DNA of 63,744 bases, filler included, from Conidiobolus incongruus B7586 (Eukaryota): the NCBI GenBank assembly GCA_000697335.1. It is 25 parts of 25 records of this genome, joined end to end, with 100 filler letters (N's around TTAATTAATTAA, not from the genome) between each part and the next. Parts side by side here need not be neighbours in the genome. Positions count along the whole stretch, not along the records: positions 53,382 to 55,828 come from JNEM01003928.1; positions 55,929 to 57,112 come from JNEM01003933.1; positions 57,213 to 58,657 come from JNEM01003935.1; positions 58,758 to 59,947 come from JNEM01003936.1; positions 60,048 to 63,744 come from JNEM01003937.1; 20 more parts are not named here. One strand, 5' to 3'. Shown one piece after another: positions 53,282 through 63,744 of the stretch. The notes beneath the pieces were generated by a model that searched no databases, was not told the origin of the DNA, and was given only the letters and a program-made list of their open reading frames with translations. Position numbers and translations under genes: made by a program. Each line of letters begins with the position of its first letter. Position 1 is the stretch's first letter.

Positions 53282-55928
53282 NNNNNNNNNNNNNNNNNNN
53301 NNNNNNNNNNNNNNNNNNNNNNNNNTTAATTAATTAANNNNNNNNNNNNNNNNNNNNNNNNNNNNNNNNNNNNNNNNNNNNTAATTTATATTTATTAAAT
53401 TTGTATAAAATTATATAATATCATAATATTGATTTTTGATTTAAATAATATAAAATAAGAAATATTATTAAATATATTGAAATTTTTGGATATATTGATT
53501 ATACAAGGATTTTATATCATAATATATTTATTCTTAACTATTTAAATTAAAAAATATATAGAAAGCTATATAATAAAATATTATTAAATATATAATCTTT
53601 TAAGATTAATAAAAATTCATATATATTCTCTTAAGTTTGCTAAAAAAGCAAAAAATATTATAATTTATTAGTTATAAATTTCAGAATCCTAGCTGAAATT
53701 ATTTTGATATAATTAAATATTGTGAAATTATTTAAAAGCCAAATAATAATAATTAATATTATTATATATAATAATATTATAATCAAAAATTGGATAGTTT
53801 ATTTGAATTTCAAAAATTATTCTTAAAATAAATAAGATAATATTTTGATAATTATCAAAACTTGAACAAAAGTCAAAATATTTAAATTATATAATATCTA
53901 AACAAATATTTATTCAAGTGTTGTATTTAAATTATAATTCAAATTGGATTAAAAGTATAATATTGATTAATGATCATTAAACCTGATAAATATTAAAACA
54001 AAATATTTATATTGTGATGAATATCAGATATATATATATATATATATCATCTATTTTAATAGTTAAAATTCCAATTTGAGGGTTAAAAGAAATTTTAAAA
54101 TTATTCAATATCGAGTGGAAAATAAATAATTGATAGTATTTTAAAAGAATTCATTATATTTAGCGAATTGGCAAATTATTATTAATATTATTATTATATT
54201 CATTTTTATTTAACTAATTAAAGAAAATTTTTTTTGGATTGATAATTCAGAAAAAAGTGGAAAGTAAATTTTAAAAGCCTATCTGAAAAAATCTTGTATT
54301 TATTATGTAAAATGTCAAAACATATATATATTTAATAAATAAAATTTTTAATATTGCAAAATTTACGATAAAATATTCCAAATTAAGAAGATTGTATTAA
54401 AAAGTATTAATGTAATGCCAACAATTCATTTATCAGTTTCAATTTATTGTTTATTTTTTAATGGATTTATGAATGGGGTATTGTGGATAAAGATGCAAGA
54501 TATTTCCAAGAACACTGAATGATTACTAAAATCCATTATATTGTTTATAATATCGGTTAATAGTAAATCCCAAAAATATAACTGTCCTTTTAAATCAAAA
54601 AAATAAAATTTAGGACAGAATTTATATGTGTAATATATTTACATTTTGAATTTATTCAATGGATCTAGTATAATCAAATATTTCTCGAAGAGTTGATAAT
54701 TATTTAATTTTGAATTTTTTTATTACGCCAAAGGAGGTTTAATATCAAAAAGATAATTATTGATTTTGATAATAAATCATTAATATAATCATTTAAGTAA
54801 TATATTCAGCATCGAATAACATCAAATAGTTTATATTTTATATTTTGATATTGTGCCAATGAATCATTGATATAAACTAATGATATATATTCTCAAGTCT
54901 TGGGTTCTTGTTATAACTTTAATGATCACTTCAACAGGTAATTTAACAAATTTTATGGGATATTTTACCTCACTTATTTAATCAATTCATTAATATTAAT
55001 TAATTAATTAATTAATTTAATTAGGAGTTAAAATATGGATTTAATGAACATTTTTCTATATTACAACATCAAATTAATATAGAGAATATATTCGTTTTTA
55101 ATATACTTGAAATATTTATCAACATTTCAATTGAGTAATGATAATTCAATTCTAACTATATACGATAAAATTAACAAATATTGATACAAATTTCACGATT
55201 AATATTATATATCTTTTGAGGTTTTTAAATTTCAAAAAAAATCTCTTTGATTAATTTAAATCATCATCACCCTAATCATTATTAAAATATATTATACTCT
55301 TATGTTTTTATATAGAAAAAAATTATTAATATTTTTTCTAACTATAAAAATTTTGACTGACATTCCAAATAATTGAATGATATTTATATATTTTATGAAT
55401 AACAAACCTTTTAATATATAAATAAAAAAATGATTGTGTTAAGATATATACTGAGGATAAATAATTTAATAAATAAGCTTATTTCAAATTTTTTAGATCA
55501 CAATTCTCATTTAAGATGATATTAATCATTGTTCAACTTATAAAACTTTGACAATAACTTTCACTAAATTCTATCCATTAATCTTGTATAATAAGTTTAA
55601 TACTTAATTTCTTAAAATTAGTTTTAGTAAATATTATATCAGATTTACCAAATATGTTATTAAAATATAAAAAAAATATAAAATATAAACATAATTAAAT
55701 TAATACATACTTTTCAAATAATCCATAAAAAAGATATATTATTAGTTATAAAAATATATTTTAATAAATCTAAAATAATTTTAATTTAATAATATTTTAA
55801 AATTAATTTAATATTAAATTATTTATATNNNNNNNNNNNNNNNNNNNNNNNNNNNNNNNNNNNNNNNNNNNNTTAATTAATTAANNNNNNNNNNNNNNNN
55901 NNNNNNNNNNNNNNNNNNNNNNNNNNNN

Positions 55929-56538
55929 TATATTAAAATATTTAAAATAATAATTTAAAAAAGCTATTAAGTAATATAAATTATATTAATCAAATATTAC
56001 TTATTAATAAAATAATATTTTTTATTATATTATAATTTTTACTATTAAATAGCTTAAAAATAACAGAGTTGCTCTTATAGAATAACCTTTTTAACTCTTA
56101 ATTTTAACTTAATTAAATATTCTCAAGATTAACAAAAAAATGAATTAAAGCTTTCCCTTTAATAAAAAATTTAAATTAACTTTAAAAATATATTTAAAAA
56201 AATATAAAACAATATTAGTCTTGTTTAATATAAAAAATTTATCAACTTTATACCTTATAAACCTAAAAAGATTAACAATCAAAAGATAAATATATTAAAT
56301 TATTAATTTTTTATTATAATTAAAACTTATAAAATGTTAAATTATTTTAGATATATTTTTAAATTTAAAAATTTAAATAATAATTAATTAAATTTAATTT
56401 TATATTTTATATTATAAATAAAAAATATATATTATTTATTTAGCTCAATATATTTATATTTTGATAAAATCTATTAAAATAATAATAAAAAAAAATAAAG
56501 ACTTTTAATTATATAACTCATTTTAAGAATTAATTTAT
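55929..56538 (+). mobile_element. Tc1 family B 3' part
   Basis: Colinear with 41740-42342. Confidence 0.8.
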
Positions 56539-56554
56539 ATTTACTTATAATTTA

Positions 56555-56927
56555 TATAAGTGAATAATAATAGTTGAGGGTAGAGAAAGTGGGTCTCTTA
56601 ATACTTTAGGAAATATATAATAGCTGGATCCTTTAGTATTGAGGTGTTAATTAATATTAATAAGAAATATATTAATAATTAGACAAATAGGTTTATTTGT
56701 GTAAGAAGTAATATAAACCTTAATATAAGCTAAAGAGAAGGATCTGAGTCCTTTTTATAGCTAAGTGAAATATATATACATAAGTATACAAGGCTGAGTA
56801 ATAGTGAGGTCACTCAGATATAGAATTATAAAATATTAATAAGACCTAATTTGGATAATCAGGTCCTTAATAGTGAATTGAAATAAGGAATGGTATTAAT
56901 TAAGTAGCAATTGTCATAATATTTATA
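56555..56927 (-). mobile_element. Solo LTR of Gypsy family 2, 373 bp, TSD ATTTA
   Basis: Homologous to 38460-38792. ATTTA at 56550-56554 and 56928-56932; termini TATAAG...TTTATA. Confidence 0.75.
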
Positions 56928-57212
56928 ATTTAACAGATTTTTAATTATATTAATTTAAATTAAAATATTTTATCTAAATAAATTATATATTTATAATAGA
57001 TTATATTTAACTATATTTAATATATTTTTAGCTAATTTATCAGAACATAAATTTTAACTAAAATAAATTATAAATTTATAAGTCTATAATTTAAAAAATA
57101 TATAGAATAATANNNNNNNNNNNNNNNNNNNNNNNNNNNNNNNNNNNNNNNNNNNNTTAATTAATTAANNNNNNNNNNNNNNNNNNNNNNNNNNNNNNNN
57201 NNNNNNNNNNNN

Positions 57213-58652
57213 ATAACTAATATTTTTTGATTATATTTTATTAACTATTTGTTAATATATCAAATCCATAAATTTAACCAAGATAAGTTATAAATTTGTT
57301 AGTTTATAAGTTAAAAAAATATAATTAAATTGAATTATATATATCTTTCTTTTATTATATCATATATATTATAAAATTATTAAGCTAATACTTTAAAATC
57401 AATATTATAATACTCAAATCTCTTTTTAAAAAAGTTTACTTATATATTAATCAACTTTATAATGAAAAAAAATTAACTTATAAGATTATTAGAATTATAA
57501 ATTTTAACTAATCTATTATTGCTAGGGTTATTAAAAATAATGCTAAAAAAACACCTAAACTAATATTTAAGCATACTAAGATAATAGATAAACATGATAA
57601 AAAGTATATTAGTACACTAATTAATATAGGTAAATATAATATTATTATAAAAATATAATTAGAATTATAAAAATATATAAGAGTATTAATTAGTATTAAT
57701 AATATTATATGTGTTTTATATTAGAATAAATATTATTTATAACTTAAGAAAAAATACCTTTAATAAAAAAAGTCCCATTATAAAATTAAGCAAAAGTTCA
57801 AATATCATTACTAAAGCTAAACTAAAATTAACTAAGGGAAGGTAATTTAATTTAATAAAAAAATATATTTTAATTTTTTTAATAAAAGAGCTAGATATTT
57901 CAAAAAAGATAAAAAACCATTTTATAACCATTATGTTATTATAACCCAAAAATATATTGATAGGTTAATTATGATTTAAGGATATATATTATCTTTAGTT
58001 ATGAGGTATCTTTATATAATTGATAAGGGAATTAATTTTGAGATATACTAAAATTTTTTAAATAATAAATTGAAAAAACTATTGAACAATATATGTTAAA
58101 TAAATCAAACACTATTTTCTAATAAGATAATACCCTTGGTTATATTATAAGTTCTATTATTAAATGGTTGAAAAATAATAAAATATTTATTATAAAATAG
58201 TCTCTTTAATCTCTTAATCTTAATTTAATTGAATATTATTAGGATTAATTAAAATAATTGATTAAAGTTTTCCCTTTATCAAAAAATTCAAATTAATTTT
58301 AAAAATTTATTCAAAAAGCTTAAAATAAAATTAATATTGCTTAATATAAAAGACTAGTTGATTTTATACCCTATAGATTTAAAAAGGTTACAAAATAAAA
58401 GATAGATATATTAGTTATTATATATTCTATTAATATTAAAACCTATAGATTTATAACTAATCTTAGATATAATTTTAATTTTAATATATTAATTTATAGT
58501 TAATTAAGTTTAAGTTTATATATGATATTATAAATTAAAATTATATATTAATTGTATAGTTTAATATAAATTTATTTATATTAGAACTTATTATATTATT
58601 AATAGAAATATTTTTATTTTATATTTTATAATCTACTTTTGCAAGCTAGTAT
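57213..58652 (+). mobile_element. Degenerate Tc1 family B, near full length (contains spurious ORF 57737-57949)
   Basis: Retains NLIE (catalytic E) at about 58222-58233; 3' TIR tctacttttgcaagctagta. Confidence 0.88.
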
Positions 58653-58757
58653 ATATCNNNNNNNNNNNNNNNNNNNNNNNNNNNNNNNNNNNNNNNNNNN
58701 NTTAATTAATTAANNNNNNNNNNNNNNNNNNNNNNNNNNNNNNNNNNNNNNNNNNNN

Positions 58758-59947
58758 TTTTAATTTAAATAAACTTGTATTAAACTATGTAATTAATATA
58801 TATTTTTTATTTATATTATAATATATAAAGTTATATTTAATTTATTATTAATTGATATATTAAAACTAAAAATATACTTAAAAAAAGTTATAAATTTGTG
58901 GGTTTTAGTATTGATAGAAAAATTAATATCTAGTATATCTACCTTTTACTTTTCTAACTTCTTTAAGTTTATAAGGTATAGAGTTAACTAGCTTCTTATA
59001 TTAAACAACACTAATATTATTCTAAGCTTCTTAAATATACTCTTAAACTTAATCTAAATTTTTTGCTAAGGGGAAAGCTTTAATTAATTTTTTTAGTTGA
59101 TTTTAAAGATATTTAATTAGGTTAAAATTAAAAGATTGAGGAGGTTATTTTATAATAGTTATTTTGTTATTTTTAAGCTATTTAATAATAGAATTTATAA
59201 TATAATAAAGAGTATTACCTTGTTAGAAAATAATATTTAATTTATTTAACTTTTATCACTTAATAGTTTTTTTTGATTTATTATTTAGAATGATTTAATA
59301 TATCTCAATATTAATTCCTCTATCAACCTTACAAAGATATTTTATATCTAAAGATAGTATATATCCTTAAATTATAATTAACTTATTATTATATTTTTAG
59401 ATTATAATAATATAATGGTTATAAAGTAATTCTTTATTTTTTTTGAAATATCTAACTTTTTTGTTATCTTTATTAAAATATAACTTTGTTTTATTAGATT
59501 AAATAAACTTTACTCTAGTTAATTTTAGTTTAACTTTAGTGTTGACATTTAAACTCTTATTTAGCTTTATAATAAAATTTCTTTAGTTAAAAGTATTTTT
59601 TCTTAAAATATAAGTAATGTCTATTCTAATATAAAATATATAATAATATTAGTACTAACTAATATTCTTGTATAATTTTATAATTCTTGTTATACTTTTA
59701 CAATAATATTATATTTACTTATACAAACTAATGTATAAATATACTTTTTATTATATTTATTTATAATCTTAATATACTTAAGTTTTAGTTTAGGTGTTTT
59801 TTTAATATTATTCTTAATAACTTTAATTATAATAGATTAACTAATATTAATAATTCTAATAATCTTATAAGTTGATTTATTTTTATTATAAAGTTGATTA
59901 ATATATAAATGAACTTTTATAAAGAGAGATTTAGGCATTATAATATT
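58758..59947 (-). mobile_element. Degenerate Tc1 family B
   Basis: Colinear with 22640-23810. Confidence 0.88.
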
Positions 59948-62019
59948 NNNNNNNNNNNNNNNNNNNNNNNNNNNNNNNNNNNNNNNNNNNNTTAATTAAT
60001 TAANNNNNNNNNNNNNNNNNNNNNNNNNNNNNNNNNNNNNNNNNNNNATAATTATAATTAAAATATATATATCAAGTTATTGAAATTAAATTTCTTTTTA
60101 TTATTTTATAATTTTATTAGTATATAGTTAATTATATATTATATTGGTAAATTATATTAAAATCTTGTATATTTATATTTTAATTATATTAACTTAATTT
60201 TAATCAATAATAACAACTTTCTACACTTTTTTTGAGATTTTATTATTCTGTTAATATTAATTATTAATTAATAAAGTTCTTATATATTTCATATCATTCC
60301 TTCGTTATAAATAAATAGCTCTCAAATTATGATTTTATTTAAATATACAAATAGAACTATAGCCGATAGAAGTGGTTATATAAATCATTATTATCTTTAA
60401 GACATTAATAGAAAAGATATTTGAATACTATTATATTTAATGGAATTTTCGGTTTAATATCTTATCTAGTTTAATTTAAAGTTTTGTTATAAAAATTATT
60501 TTTTATTTTAAAATTAATCTAACTTGATATATAATATTCATAATTTAAAAAGATAATTTTATTTTTAAATATTTTTCTTGAAATTTTAATTATTTCTTTA
60601 TCTAATTTAAATACAGATACCTAATTTATAGTTAATTTAATACAAAATATTAAATCATTATTATATATTTTTGTCATAAAAAATTTATAACTATATAACA
60701 ATATGGAATTAAATTATTCCAAAATATTTATAGTAATTTGCTTGAGAATTCTTTTATTTGAATTTTAATAAATTATAAATAAAATTGACTGTTATTTAAA
60801 TTTGATATATAATAAGTAAACTATTAGAATTATTTATTAATTATATTTAATTTTATTAATAAAATAAATAATATATTACCAAATTTATATAATATATTAT
60901 TTTATCCTTGAATATTATTCTGATTATATTATTGAAAATTAGTTAATATATATCATAAGAATTGATAAAATAAATCAATTCATATTTTTAATAATAAATT
61001 TTTATTATATTTATTTAAGGAAATAAATTATATTTTGAATAATTTTGAATAAAATTTAATCAATTTCTTTATTGAAAAAAACCAATCAAAGAGTTTAGTA
61101 AACAAATTATTTAATATTTTAATAATATAAATATAAATTATTTATAAACCTAAAATTATTTATTATAATATTTTAAATTCTTTATAAAATAATTAACATT
61201 AATTAGAAATTGGTAACTTATTATTAAAATACTCAAAGATATTCTAAATATAAATATATAAATATACTAATAATTATATTATTTATTTATGAAATTAAAT
61301 TTTATAAATTAATAAAAAATTGAATATAATATATTTGTTAGGTCTTCAATATAATCAAGATCTATAAATAAAATAATAATAGTGAATATAATTTTATATT
61401 TAATTTATATTTAATTCAACAATGCTAATTTATATTTTTTGAGAAAATTGAAGTCTTTTTTCCAGCGTTTGATTTTCACAATAAAAGTGTAATTGACTAA
61501 TGATAAATAACTTAGTGATTGTGGGAAAAGTTAAAATTAATATATTAAATAATAATTATATAAATGGTTGGCAATATTGCCAATAATATTTATATGTATT
61601 AAATTTAACAAATATATAGATTCTGTAAATTATTGAATTTCTTAATAAATATATTAATTTCGCAATATAATTATTTTTATAAAGTTTTTAAATTAAATAC
61701 TAAATAATAAATAATAAATAATATTTTAATTAAAATAAAGCCTATAGTAAATATTATATTTACTTTTATATATTATTATTAATATTTTTTAGTCAAATAT
61801 TTATTTTCATTTATTTCCAAAAATAAAATAATTTAATTTTTAATTATTTAATAAAAACATTGAAAAATAAAAAATATTAATAATTAATTTCTTATATTCT
61901 ATAGATAATTATTATATTAAATTTCTAAATATTAAGTTAAAATTATTTAAGGCTATAAACTAATTCAAATTAACTCTAATTTTGATCAAAATTTAATCAA
62001 TTTTTAATGAAACTAGATA

Positions 62020-63260
62020 CCTAATTTAATATATGGTTTATATTTGAGCTTAATATCTCTATAATAAGCTTCGCCAATATTTCCATAAAAACTTATTAAT
62101 ATAAAAGGTTTAACATTATATAATCAATTTTTATAAATAATCTATTTAATAATAAGTTTGGAATTTTTATTTATATATATATAATTATAAATGTAATATG
62201 ATATAAAATGCTAGGAATAAAATTATTTCATAGAAGTGGAGATTGTTTTCTGGATAACTTGATTTATAAAAATATGTTAATACTTTCTAAAGATTATAAC
62301 AGATTATCCCTGACCTTGGTTGTAATAAAAAAAATCCAACTATTGTGGAAATTATGATTAGTGGGGTGAATATAAACTTTTACTATTGTTAAATTTTATT
62401 TATTTTTGTATGAATATTTCGATAATGTACAAAAATCAGCATCCTATTATAATTTGATTATTTTCATTTGTACTCTTGTTCTTTGTCTAAGATTAGATTA
62501 TTTGTGTTTTCTTAGAACGATAAGATTCGGGCTTGAGCCAAAAATTCTTTAATATCATTATAGATATTAGTTATTTGGTACTGAATCGGTGTTTGAGATG
62601 TTTGTATGATCTGATGGAATGGTTTTTGTCGGAAGATATGAAATGTTAATATTTGACCGTGCTTGTAATTTTTTCCAAAGGATTGACCACTACCAATATT
62701 GAATCAAAGTATTTATAACTTTATATAATCACCATCTCATCAATTCCATTTTATCTTCATCCAGTGACTAAAGCGAAACATTATAAAAAATCAATTTTAT
62801 TTTAATGTTCTAATCTAAAATTTAAAATTTAATACATTGGTTTCCTTGCTGAAATGGCAAATTAATATTTATATTTAATGTTTTGCTCTATGATTGATCA
62901 GTATATTATAAATATCTTTTAATTCATAATAAGCATTGTTAACTAGAATGTATTACATCAAATAATAGCATTATATCCAATTATTCATTTATAAATTTTG
63001 ATATGCTGCATTAACAGCTATCCTCCGAAACTAATTTGATAATGTTACACTAAGTTAATATCAGGTATTTTGGAAATAATGAGATTTCGGACCCTTGTTA
63101 ATATATAGATAAAATATTACCAAACCCTGGAATGATATTATTTTCAATGTAATCCATATTCTCGGATTGTATTGTACCAATTTCATTGTGACATTTCATC
63201 GGACATTATGAGTAATTTTACAATCCTATATCATGGTTTTGTTATAAAAATTGTGAAAGC
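62020..63260 (-). pseudogene. Decayed protein-coding sequence, possibly glycosyltransferase family 8-like
   Basis: GC-richer stretch with minus-strand fragments EQEYK*KIIKL**DADF (DxD), VGFFLLQP and a terminal KPY in the order expected for GT8; many stops. Weak. Confidence 0.3.
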
Positions 63261-63744
63261 TTAAAAATTTTATAGATTCAAAAATTGGAATAAACCATGC
63301 TTTTTATTTCCTTGTCAATATTTCAATATAATATGTTAAAATATTACCCAATATAGTGAATTCATCAAATTAATTTTGTGTTAAATCATCTTTTCATAAC
63401 AATTCTATATAGTGACTTAATATATACTATTAGATATTATCAAAGCTAGTAAAATTACTCCATATATATCGATTAATAATTGAACTTGAAATAATAGAAT
63501 AGGATATTAAAATAAGAAAATTTTGTCAATCAATTCCTCTATAAATTATTAAATGTTTTAATATTTTGAATATTTATAATTATAAAATATAAAATATAAA
63601 ATTTCATAATTGATAATTTATTACTTAAATATTTAAATATCAATATATTAATATTAAATATTTTAATTAATATTTTAATTTATTATAAAATATTTATTTT
63701 TAAATATCTAACTTTTATTTATCTAATTTTATAACTAATATTTT

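Noticed and set aside
57737..57949. 70-aa hydrophobic ORF
   Set aside because: Antisense to a Tc1 relic, with composition driven by AT bias.
11612..59947. Alternative genetic code (TAA/TAG read-through) or organellar origin to explain stop-riddled transposases
   Set aside because: Stops fall at different positions in different copies and replace both Trp and Gln. The intact genes use the standard code, end in TAA, and two have spliceosomal introns.
1676..60003. TTAATTAATTAA recurring 24 times, resembling a regularly interspersed repeat or array
   Set aside because: Always centred in exactly 44+44 N, so it is an assembly linker and not biology.
61568..61583. 16-bp perfect palindrome ttggcaatattgccaa
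   Set aside because: Single occurrence, no Helitron-type CTRR end nearby, and palindromes are frequent by chance at this base composition.

Overview
Extremely AT-rich eukaryotic (fungal) sequence that is not one continuous locus. It is 25 small contigs joined by 24 artificial 100-bp linkers (44 N + TTAATTAATTAA + 44 N), so adjacency across linkers means nothing. The gene style (an intronless RNI-like/F-box-LRR protein, 50-55 nt GT-AG introns) resembles Conidiobolus-type Entomophthoromycotina; that assignment is inference. Three intact genes are supportable: the RNI-like LRR gene (7283-8641), a two-exon YBL028C/LLPH-like (DUF2423) gene (47044-47407) and a two-exon LRRC40 orthologue (48533-50433). 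Most of the rest is a transposon graveyard missed by the ORF track: about 10 copies of a DD34D mariner, about 8 copies of a DD34E Tc1 with IR/DR-type ends, a second divergent mariner, two Ty3/Gypsy families (one with a chromodomain) and several solo LTRs. These relics are colinear but riddled with C->T/G->A transitions on both strands, a RIP-like signature in what appears to be an early-diverging fungus. The most unusual structure is a foldback-like element (about 30620-33485) whose near-identical inverted arms are built from ~175-bp tandem units and show little of this decay.
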